In this document: positions 1-7,209 of the stretch, piece by piece | Layout of the letters: each line of letters opens with the position of its first letter | Numbering within the stretch: the first letter of the stretch is position 1 | Assembly (NCBI GenBank): GCA_022843095.1 | Contig: JALHOH010000001.1 | Location: 300,001-332,000, forward strand | Direction of reading: 5' to 3' | Length of the DNA: 32,000 nucleotides | DNA from: Candidatus Saccharimonadota bacterium | Lineage (GTDB): Bacteria > Patescibacteriota > Patescibacteriia > 2-12-FULL-60-25 | Translations under genes and position numbers: made by a program | Notes under the pieces: model-generated | Seen by the model: only the letters and a program-made list of their open reading frames with translations | Databases searched by the model: none | Told to the model about the DNA's origin: nothing

Positions 1-855
1 CGCGGCAGCGGCATCGACCACAAGCAAGGTATGCACCCACACATCTCCCTCCGGATGCCATTCCGGTTCCTGGGGCGTTCCGATGCAGGCGGCAAGTTCA
101 GGATAATCGCGCGCGATGATGCCGAGATCACGAAGCAGGGTAAGTCCAAGGGATGGACGATGCGCGCGTAAAAAGAGCTTGCGCAGTTCTTCGGTCACGC
201 GTTCCTTGGAAAGGTGCGCCAGCATCCCATCCTCCACCATGCGTGTGAGTAACGCGCGCGTGTCCGGATCCAGCGTCGCTTCAAACCGTGCGGCAAACTG
301 GACGGCGCGGTAGATGCGAAGCGGATCCTCCACAAACGTCGTCGCATCCACAACGCGCAGTCGCCGTGCACGAATGTCTGCCTCCCCATGGAACGGATCG
401 ATAAGCGCGCCGGTACGCACGTCCAAGAGCAGCGCGTTCATCGTAAAATCACGGCGTCGGCAGGCATCCTCAAAGGAAAGATGCGGATCACCGGTCACGG
501 CAAAATCCGCATGTCCTTCGCCCGTTTTGGATTCACGGCGGGGGAGCGCAAGATCGATCGTGACGCCGGGTTCGACCACGAGTTTAAGAACGGCGAATGC
601 GTCGCCCACGGTAAGCACGCGCGCCGCTCCAAACTGCCGTTCAAGCAAGGCGCGTAAGGTGGATGCCGGTACGCCGTAGATTTCTAGGTCGGCATCGTCC
701 GAGGGGCGCGAAAGGAGTGCATCACGAACACACCCTCCCACAAAAAAGGCGCGTGGCGGTTGCGCGCCCAGGGAATCCTGTGGCAGTGCCGCAATGGCGG
801 CAGCGATCGCGCGACAGGTTTCCGTGAGGGCGGGATGGGTGAAGGCGGGGAACAT
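1..855 (-). CDS. cca: CCA-adding enzyme / poly(A) polymerase family tRNA nucleotidyltransferase (N-terminal 285 codons; C-terminus lies beyond the window start)
   Basis: Absent from the ORF track because it runs off the window edge. Reverse-strand translation from the ATG at 855 reads MFPAFTHPALTE..FFVGGCVRDALL..DDADLEIYG..RRDFTMNALLLD..EDPLRIYRAVQFAARF..EWHPEGDVWVHT. It has the GGxVRD, DxD and RRDFTxNA motifs of the class II nucleotidyltransferase head. The frame stays open down to position 1. Confidence 0.8.
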   Translation of the reverse strand, partial: MFPAFTHPALTETCRAIAAAIAALPQDSLGAQPPRAFFVGGCVRDALLSRPSDDADLEIYGVPASTLRALLERQFGAARVLTVGDAFAVLKLVVEPGVTIDLALPRRESKTGEGHADFAVTGDPHLSFEDACRRRDFTMNALLLDVRTGALIDPFHGEADIRARRLRVVDATTFVEDPLRIYRAVQFAARFEATLDPDTRALLTRMVEDGMLAHLSKERVTEELRKLFLRAHRPSLGLTLLRDLGIIARDYPELAACIGTPQEPEWHPEGDVWVHTLLVVDAAAA

Positions 856-862
856 GTCCGTA

Positions 863-1987
863 TCATGCCCGTGCCGGAACCTTCGACGCAATACGTGCCT
901 TGAGATCCGGGATTCCGGCGCCAGAGGCGGCGCTCACAAACACCGGTTCATAGGCGGCATACCGCTTTTTTAAGACGGAACGCGGTGTTGCGACACCCAG
1001 ATCGGATTTATTGAAGACGTACAGGGTCGGGAGGTCGTGCGCCCCGATTTGTTGCAGCACCAGTTCCACATCGCGGATTTTTTCTTCGACATGCGGATCG
1101 CTTGCGTCGATCACGTGAAGGAGTAAATCCGCCTCTACGGTTTCCTCAAGCGTAGAACGAAAGGCATCGATCAGTTGCGGGGGAAGGTCTTGGATGAACC
1201 CGATCGTATCCGAAAGGAGAATCTTTTGCGGCGCGCCGGTTTCTGACGGAAACACCAGTTCGCCGACACGGGTATCAAGTGTCGCAAACAACGCATTGGC
1301 CACATACGCCCCCTTTTTGGTGAGCGCATTCAGCAGGGAAGACTTTCCGGCGTTGGTATAGCCGACCAGCGAAACCGTCTTTAGCCCCATGCGTGTGCGG
1401 CGAGCACGATGGAGCGCCCGGGTGGCAGCCACGCGTTCCAATTCTTTGCGAATGTGTTTTTCCTGCTGCGCCAAGTGGCGTTTCATGAGCTCGGTGTTGG
1501 TTTCTCCTTGACCACCACGGACGCCAACGCCACCCACCTGTTGCATCATTTCAAATCCCATCCCAAAGATGCGCGGCCCCATGTGTTTGATCGCCGCGAG
1601 TTTAATTTGGAGTTTCGCCTCATTTGTTTTGGCGTGCTTATCGAAGATTTTGAGGATCAAATCCACGCGATCCCAGGCCTTCATCGGCGTTTTTGCACGT
1701 CGGAGGCGCTCTTCAATTTCAAAGAGTTGTTTGGGTTTTAACAAGTTATTCACGATCAAGAGATCCGCATTGTGCGCGCGACCTTCTTCGATGAGCGCGT
1801 CCAGTTTTCCCTTGCCTATGTACGTTTGGTAGTCCGGCGCCGTGCGTTTTTGATCCCGTTTCACGATCACCATGCCGCCATAGGTGCGCGTCAGTAACTC
1901 CAATTCCGCCATGCGGCGTTCAGCCGTGGCGGGGGTGCAGGAGGGCGGGATGACGTCGACCAGGATGGCGCGGGGGAGAGAAGTCAT
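863..1987 (-). CDS. hflX: GTPase HflX
   Basis: 374-aa ORF with an HflX-type N-terminal domain. It has G1 GYTNAGKSSLLNALT, G3 DTIGF and G4 NKSD motifs. Confidence 0.9.
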   Translation of the reverse strand: MTSLPRAILVDVIPPSCTPATAERRMAELELLTRTYGGMVIVKRDQKRTAPDYQTYIGKGKLDALIEEGRAHNADLLIVNNLLKPKQLFEIEERLRRAKTPMKAWDRVDLILKIFDKHAKTNEAKLQIKLAAIKHMGPRIFGMGFEMMQQVGGVGVRGGQGETNTELMKRHLAQQEKHIRKELERVAATRALHRARRTRMGLKTVSLVGYTNAGKSSLLNALTKKGAYVANALFATLDTRVGELVFPSETGAPQKILLSDTIGFIQDLPPQLIDAFRSTLEETVEADLLLHVIDASDPHVEEKIRDVELVLQQIGAHDLPTLYVFNKSDLGVATPRSVLKKRYAAYEPVFVSAASGAGIPDLKARIASKVPARA

Positions 1988-1993
1988 GCGTCT

Positions 1994-1999
1994 ACCTTA
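1994..1999 (-). promoter_or_regulatory. -10-like box TAAGGT, 6 nt (AGACGC) upstream of the hflX ATG; implies a leaderless transcript
   Basis: The reverse strand reads TAAGGT-AGACGC-ATG. The same AGACGC-ATG junction occurs at 3065-3073. There is no Shine-Dalgarno sequence. Confidence 0.3.
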
Positions 2000-2024
2000 G
2001 CGAATAGCAATTGTGCTGTATACT
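1997..2024 (+). promoter_or_regulatory. Sigma70-like promoter (TTAGCG-16 nt-TATACT), 6 nt upstream of the ATG at 2031
   Basis: TTAGCG lies at 1997-2002 and TATACT at 2019-2024, followed by AGGGGC and ATG. It overlaps the divergent hflX promoter within a 43-bp intergenic gap. Confidence 0.35.
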
Positions 2025-2030
2025 AGGGGC

Positions 2031-3044
2031 ATGCGTCGGTGGGGGTGGTTTGTTGTCGCAATGCTCGCGATCTTGGGCGCGGTTGGTTTGGCGTGGTGGT
2101 CGGTTCTGGTGCCACGCGCTACACGTCCGTCTGTTTCACCAGACGAGATGTTCTTGCCGCTTGGAGTGTCTGCCGAACGCATCCCAGTACTCAGAAACCC
2201 TCGATGGGATACGGTACAAGAAGCAGACGTGTATTTGGATCCGGCGGGGCTTGGGATCGCCGTCACGCAGGAGGGTGTGCCCAGGTTTTATCCCTTCCAG
2301 ATTTTGTCTTGGCATGCCGGGATTGAGGATGAGGTAAACGGGGTGCCGGTACTTGGGGTGTATTGTCCGTTGTGCGCGACGGGCGTGCTGTTTGATCGAC
2401 GCCATCCAAAAACGGGAGAAGCGCTGACCTTCGCGCTTGCTGATGTGCGTCGCGCCGAGGATTTGCTGTTGGTTGCGTCTGGCACGCGTGGATTGTGGTC
2501 GCGGACGGTGGGGAAGGCGGTGACAGGGCCCGATGCAGGCGCGTCGCTTGCGCTGTATCCCGCCTTTGAAAACAAAACGTGGGCCGAGTGGAAGCGGTTG
2601 CATCCGACGGGTCAGGTGCTTTCGCGTAAAACCGGGTTTGCTCGGGATTACACCCGTTCTCCACTTGCCGGGCGCGCGCTCGCACCGAATGAATCCGTCG
2701 CCGGTGTGGTGTGGCGGGGTGCGGCGCGTGCGTATCCCGTGGGGTTGTTGGAACGGGGAAAAGCGATGAATGGAGAACTTGGTGGATCGATGGTGTTGAT
2801 GCTGCCGGATCCATTGGGAGGGGTTCGCGCGTTTCTTCGCCCGATGTTCGGGGATCGTCCGCTGGCATTCACGGCGATGGGGAATGATTGGCTAAATGAT
2901 GGACGTGAGGGGACGTGGGATTGGAGCGGTCTTGCGCTCTCCGGTCCCTTGAAAGGCACCCGACTTGAACGGATTCCGGCGATGAAAACGGTTTGGTTTG
3001 TGTGGGCGGCCGCGTATCCAGAAACAGAGGTGTGGGTGCCGTGA
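2031..3044 (+). CDS. DUF3179-family membrane-anchored protein
   Basis: It has an N-terminal TM helix (WGWFVVAMLAILGAVGLAWW) and the VPVLGVYCPLCATGVLFDRR motif typical of DUF3179. The track start at 2013 (GTG) falls inside the putative promoter, so the ATG at 2031 is preferred. Confidence 0.7.
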   Translation: MRRWGWFVVAMLAILGAVGLAWWSVLVPRATRPSVSPDEMFLPLGVSAERIPVLRNPRWDTVQEADVYLDPAGLGIAVTQEGVPRFYPFQILSWHAGIEDEVNGVPVLGVYCPLCATGVLFDRRHPKTGEALTFALADVRRAEDLLLVASGTRGLWSRTVGKAVTGPDAGASLALYPAFENKTWAEWKRLHPTGQVLSRKTGFARDYTRSPLAGRALAPNESVAGVVWRGAARAYPVGLLERGKAMNGELGGSMVLMLPDPLGGVRAFLRPMFGDRPLAFTAMGNDWLNDGREGTWDWSGLALSGPLKGTRLERIPAMKTVWFVWAAAYPETEVWVP

Positions 3045-3055
3045 TGTGAAAAATT

Positions 3056-3064
3056 TGTTAGGAT
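3056..3064 (+). promoter_or_regulatory. Extended -10 element TGtTAGGAT, 6 nt upstream of the ATG at 3071 (leaderless arrangement)
   Basis: The sequence reads TGT-TAGGAT-AGACGC-ATG. There is no Shine-Dalgarno sequence. Confidence 0.3.
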
Positions 3065-3070
3065 AGACGC

Positions 3071-3361
3071 ATGGAATCGCGCTTTCGTCCCAAACCTGCG
3101 TCGCCGGTCGAGGTGGTTTTTTATGTGCCGGTCGATGGCGATCTCGAGGGGCATGATGATGCGCGAAAGCCGGTTTGGTTGAATCCCGATGGTGGAGCAA
3201 ATCTTTCCGCGCTCCCGTCTGCGCTACGCGCGCGTCTTGAAAAATACGGGGTTCCGGACGAGTTGCATCTTGGCACCGTCTTTCCGAAAGAAGGGGAGCG
3301 ATTTTTACGATGCTTGGTGGCCTCGGCTGACGTATATCGACGGTTTCGAACGGAAACCTAG
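3071..3361 (+). CDS. Hypothetical protein, 96 aa
   Basis: The ORF fills the gap between two + strand genes and has promoter-like context directly upstream. I recognise no motif. Confidence 0.45.
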   Translation: MESRFRPKPASPVEVVFYVPVDGDLEGHDDARKPVWLNPDGGANLSALPSALRARLEKYGVPDELHLGTVFPKEGERFLRCLVASADVYRRFRTET

Positions 3362-3372
3362 CGTGATGTTGT

Positions 3373-5022
3373 ATGCGTGAATCTTTTTCACCCCCCGCGA
3401 CAGGCGCGTCCAAGAAGCAGGAAATCCCGCCGGCACAGGATTCGGGTAGGTTGCGCGCGTCTGAGCTGTTTGCTGACGTGCCACCGCTGACAAGCGAAGC
3501 TGGGGGAAGTCCGTTGGTGGTGGAAGAGGGTGTCGTGAAAGAGCGGTTGCTTGGAGATGTGGAACTGGATGCAGCGCTTGATCGTCTGGAGGGATCGGTC
3601 ACAGAGCAGGAGGGGGCGCGTGTTGAGGCGCTACGCCGTGGTGAAACGGTTCGTTTTTTGCAAGATCGTACGCGTGAAGCGCTGTCGGTTGCGCGGAGTC
3701 GGATGCGGGAGGCGGATTTTGCGGCACTTGAGCGTCGGACCCAGACGTTGTTGGAGGGGACGCCAACGCAAGCGAAAACCGTGGAGGCAACGGGGAGAAA
3801 TGGGATTTTTACGGCCACGTTTGAGCCCTATGTGTCGGAAGAAGAAGCGGTTACAGATCCATCGTATGCGTTGCGTGGTCCGGAAAAAGCGTTTGTGAAA
3901 ACGGCGAATGCGATGGCGACCTTTGAGCCCCATCCGCAAGGGGAGGGAAACGTGTGGGTAGAGGTTGATCAGTCGTTTGTTCCAGGGGCACGCGGGCTTG
4001 AACGTAAGACCAAAAAAACGATCATTCAGCCGATGGATACGCTGACGATGGTTTTGGTACATCGAGAGGCAAATCGCCCTGCCTTAAAAGAGGCGGCGGG
4101 AGCGGTGTATGGAATTTCGCCGGATCATGTTCCGATGCCAGCGGCGCAGGAGACGACCTACCGGAATACCCACGGCCCAGAAGAAATGGTACGTACGGCG
4201 GTGGCGGCAAGGAACATTCTGCTCGCCATGGGGATTCACGATACGATGCCGGATACGGTCGTGCGTCCGATCCACGGGGAGGTGGTGGACGAGGGGATTC
4301 GGGGGGAATCAATGGCGAGCCAAGGGGCGCGTGGATGCGACGACATCGCGCTTGTGAAACGCGCCGTTCCTTCACGTGATAAGAAGAACCCGGCGCGCGA
4401 TTTAACGGATGAAGAACAGGAGCAGCTTGCGACGGCGGGTCCGGAATCGCCGTACGCGGTTTCCGCAATGCGTCTTGCGAGCACGAAATTTATTTTGATG
4501 AATGCGGATAATAAAATGGCAGATATCAAGGTCGATCCGGTATCGAAGCAGTTGTTTGAGGTGGATCAAGATCTTTCGCTCCCACTTTCGTATCAGGAAA
4601 TGGCGCTGACGGATGATTATGGAGAGACGACCGTTATCGGACGTCCGATGTGCGAGGTGGTGAATCAGTTGCAGGTGATTGTGGAAGGGCACCCGGATTG
4701 GCGATTGGATAAAGAAACGCTTGCGCAGCTTTCCTCGTTTTCTCTGGCCTGCCGCACCACAGAACCGGATGTGTTATTCGGCGACACGCATACGCCGGAG
4801 CTTCAAGTTGTTACGAATAATTTAGTCGCTCGCTTTGATCGTGATCAATTGATCGCTGCCGATCCCTCGACGTTAGACGCCGAAGCGCAGAAACGCCGCG
4901 ACAGTCTTGCCAAGGTCGTGGTGAAAGAGCGTCAATATCTGCTTGCACGTGTTGATTTTTTGGTGAAAAACAAACGACCGGCCGATCTGTTTCGGTCCGG
5001 TCTGCTTCAATTCCATCAATAG
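3373..5022 (+). CDS. Hypothetical protein, 549 aa, with no TM helix or signal peptide
   Basis: Long ORF starting 11 nt after the 96-aa ORF, which suggests an operon. The N-terminus is rich in Glu and Arg. A short internal motif repeat is present (FTATFEPYV / AMATFEPHP). No recognisable domain. Confidence 0.6.
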   Translation: MRESFSPPATGASKKQEIPPAQDSGRLRASELFADVPPLTSEAGGSPLVVEEGVVKERLLGDVELDAALDRLEGSVTEQEGARVEALRRGETVRFLQDRTREALSVARSRMREADFAALERRTQTLLEGTPTQAKTVEATGRNGIFTATFEPYVSEEEAVTDPSYALRGPEKAFVKTANAMATFEPHPQGEGNVWVEVDQSFVPGARGLERKTKKTIIQPMDTLTMVLVHREANRPALKEAAGAVYGISPDHVPMPAAQETTYRNTHGPEEMVRTAVAARNILLAMGIHDTMPDTVVRPIHGEVVDEGIRGESMASQGARGCDDIALVKRAVPSRDKKNPARDLTDEEQEQLATAGPESPYAVSAMRLASTKFILMNADNKMADIKVDPVSKQLFEVDQDLSLPLSYQEMALTDDYGETTVIGRPMCEVVNQLQVIVEGHPDWRLDKETLAQLSSFSLACRTTEPDVLFGDTHTPELQVVTNNLVARFDRDQLIAADPSTLDAEAQKRRDSLAKVVVKERQYLLARVDFLVKNKRPADLFRSGLLQFHQ

Positions 5023-5023
5023 A

Positions 5024-5293
5024 TTAGGCCTTTGGCGCGTCCGGATCTTCGTCGATCGCCGCCGGCGTTTCTTCGGCGGAGAGCTGAACGTATTCATCCC
5101 AGCGTGCAGTGAGTTCTGCGCGTGCGCCTTCTAGATCTTGATCGAGGTTCAGCTCGCCCAGGTCAAGGTGGGCGCTGATCACTTCTTCGACCAGCGTTTC
5201 CCAGGATTCTTTGTCGGCGATCCCTTGCTCGCGCGCAAGTTCAACGCATTCTGCAAACAGATCTCCCCGGTTCAGGGTATCGAGGTTGGACAT
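5024..5293 (-). CDS. Small, very acidic hypothetical protein, 89 aa
   Basis: The ORF starts 5 nt downstream of the ccdA stop on the same strand. It is rich in Asp and Glu, and I recognise no motif. Confidence 0.5.
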   Translation of the reverse strand: MSNLDTLNRGDLFAECVELAREQGIADKESWETLVEEVISAHLDLGELNLDQDLEGARAELTARWDEYVQLSAEETPAAIDEDPDAPKA

Positions 5294-5298
5294 AGTGA

Positions 5299-6015
5299 TT
5301 ACAGCGTAAAACGGAGGGCGGGGAACAGCCAGGGAAAACGGTCAAGCAGGAAGGCGAGGAGGCGTGTATCCAGATGGGTGAGGAGACCGATCGCTGTGAG
5401 CAGGATCAGTACGCCAAATAGACGTTGGATCGTCGCGGTATGCGGAGCGAGTGCACGGACGCGTTGCACCGCCACATGACCGCCATAACCGATGAGGAGC
5501 ATCGGGATCCCGGCGCCAAGCGAGAAGGCGAACAAAAGCGGGATCACACGAAGAAAATCGCGTTGGCTGGCAGCGAGCGTCAGGATGGAGCCAAGGACCG
5601 GTCCGGCACACGGTGCCCATACGGCGCCAAGTGAAACGCCAAGAAGTACCCCGCTCGCGAGGTCATTTTTTTGCAGCGCATCGCGTGGAGTCAGTGTGCC
5701 TGCGACCCCTTCGAGCCGCGCAAACACCACTGTTTGGAGACGCGGAGCAAGAAGGAGAAGACCAAATACCCCAATCAACACGGCAGACAATACGCGCCAG
5801 GTACTTGGAGCCAGGCCAAGCGCTTGCCCAAACGCCGCAAACAGCAGGTTCAGCCCGCTGAATGCCACAATGAACCCACCGGTGATGGCAACCGGACGCA
5901 GAGGATGTCGTCCGACGGCGGAGGTCCCAAGCACGATGGGGAGCAGGGGAAGGATGCACGGGCCACCAATTGTGACGATCCCGGCGAGTAGCGCGAGCAA
6001 GAGCTGAAAAGGCAT
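5299..6015 (-). CDS. ccdA: Cytochrome c biogenesis / thiol-disulfide electron transporter, CcdA (DsbD beta-domain) family
   Basis: Polytopic membrane protein with the two conserved Cys-Pro motifs, GGPCILPLLP and WAPCAGPVLG. Confidence 0.8.
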   Translation of the reverse strand: MPFQLLLALLAGIVTIGGPCILPLLPIVLGTSAVGRHPLRPVAITGGFIVAFSGLNLLFAAFGQALGLAPSTWRVLSAVLIGVFGLLLLAPRLQTVVFARLEGVAGTLTPRDALQKNDLASGVLLGVSLGAVWAPCAGPVLGSILTLAASQRDFLRVIPLLFAFSLGAGIPMLLIGYGGHVAVQRVRALAPHTATIQRLFGVLILLTAIGLLTHLDTRLLAFLLDRFPWLFPALRFTL

Positions 6016-6020
6016 ACGCT

Positions 6021-6536
6021 CTATTGGATGAGCGCGCGCAGATCTTGGGTTAGTGCTTCGTTCGATTGTGTGCCAATCACTTTTTTGAGGAGCTTCCCGT
6101 TGCGATCAAGGAAAAAGGCCGTGTGTTGATAGGTGACGCCGAATTCTTTCGCAAGGGCACGTTCATCCGCATCCGTCTCGCTGTCATTAAAGTTCACGCG
6201 AAACCCGCGAAGATCCCCGCCGATGGTGGGAAGGATGTGTTGGTTGCGCGGGTCCTGTTCTTTGCAGGTCGGGCAGAAGTTCGCGTAGAAAAAGAGAAAG
6301 ATCGGAGCGTTTTGTGCGCGCGCTTCGTTGTATGCAGTTTGTGTGAATGGGGTGTACGTGGAGTCAGTCGTGGAGCTCGTTTCCGCGGAGGGATTCGGCG
6401 CTTCCACGGTCGTTGATGCGACGGGGGGTGGTGGCGCAGGGGTTGGGGGAGGGGTCAGGTCCTCCGTACGGCAAGATTGACCCAGGAGTGCAAGGCCAAC
6501 CGCGGCAATGCCGATTCGACGCATAAACGTGTTCAT
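6021..6536 (-). CDS. Secreted or lipid-anchored thioredoxin-like protein (TlpA/ResA-like)
   Basis: It has a CxxC active site (FFYANFCPTCKEQ) and a signal-like N-terminus (MNTFMRRIGIAAVGLALLGQSC). The start is trimmed to the ATG at 6536 because the longer track ORF would overlap the sigma-factor promoter. Confidence 0.75.
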   Translation of the reverse strand: MNTFMRRIGIAAVGLALLGQSCRTEDLTPPPTPAPPPPVASTTVEAPNPSAETSSTTDSTYTPFTQTAYNEARAQNAPIFLFFYANFCPTCKEQDPRNQHILPTIGGDLRGFRVNFNDSETDADERALAKEFGVTYQHTAFFLDRNGKLLKKVIGTQSNEALTQDLRALIQ

Positions 6537-6558
6537 ACGAAAGAAATGACAGGGGATT

Positions 6559-6586
6559 TTGCTTTGTATTATGCCATTTTTATGAT
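6559..6586 (+). promoter_or_regulatory. Sigma70-like promoter (TTGCTT-16 nt-TATGAT) upstream of the ECF sigma gene
   Basis: The hexamers lie at 6559-6564 and 6581-6586, about 29 nt before the ATG at 6616. Confidence 0.35.
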
Positions 6587-6615
6587 AGGCTGTCACCAAA
6601 TTCACTTATTTCGTT

Positions 6616-7209
6616 ATGGATACTGGAGACGTCGCCGTCCAGAGTACGGATCGTGTTCAGGAAGACCAACGTCTCCTGGAACGGGCCAAGGGAGACCCAA
6701 AGGTGGTTGGCGAGATCTACGATCTCTACGCCGATCGCATCTACGGGTTTCTCCTCAAACGCTGCAAGCATCGCGAGCTTGCCGAAGATTTAACGCAGCG
6801 CGTGTTCCTCAAATTCATCGAAGCGCTTCCGACGCTTGAATGGCGCGGATTTACGCTAGGCGCCTGGCTGTATCGTGTCGCCTCCAATGCGCTCACCGAC
6901 CATTGGCGGAGCGCATCCACGCGGATGGACATGACGATTGATACCGAAGAATGGGATTTGCCGTCGCAAACGGATAATCCCGCTTGGTATGCCGAGTGCA
7001 AGTTTGAGGAGGGAAAGTTGGTCGAATGTATGAAAAAGCTCAGTGCACGCGATCAATTGGTGGTCGACCTCCGATACTTCGGGGGGTTGGATGTGCCGGA
7101 AATTGCGACGCAATTAGACATTTCTCCGAACCACGCGTCGGTCTTGCTGTATCGTGCAGTTGGACGTTTGCGAACCCATTACGTGACTCTCTATGGACGC
7201 CCAGAATAA
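6616..7209 (+). CDS. ECF-type RNA polymerase sigma-70 family factor
   Basis: Region 2 is present (YDLYADRIYGFLLKRC..DLTQRVFLKF). Region 4 carries an HTH motif (LDVPEIATQLDISPNHASVLLYRAVGRLR). Confidence 0.85.
   Translation: MDTGDVAVQSTDRVQEDQRLLERAKGDPKVVGEIYDLYADRIYGFLLKRCKHRELAEDLTQRVFLKFIEALPTLEWRGFTLGAWLYRVASNALTDHWRSASTRMDMTIDTEEWDLPSQTDNPAWYAECKFEEGKLVECMKKLSARDQLVVDLRYFGGLDVPEIATQLDISPNHASVLLYRAVGRLRTHYVTLYGRPE

Noticed and set aside
2892-3818. Long minus-strand ORF (308 aa) overlapping the DUF3179 gene and the two + strand orphan genes.
   Set aside because: It has a Pro/Arg/Ser-rich low-complexity composition typical of antisense frames in GC-rich DNA. It overlaps better-supported + strand genes and has no motif or start context.
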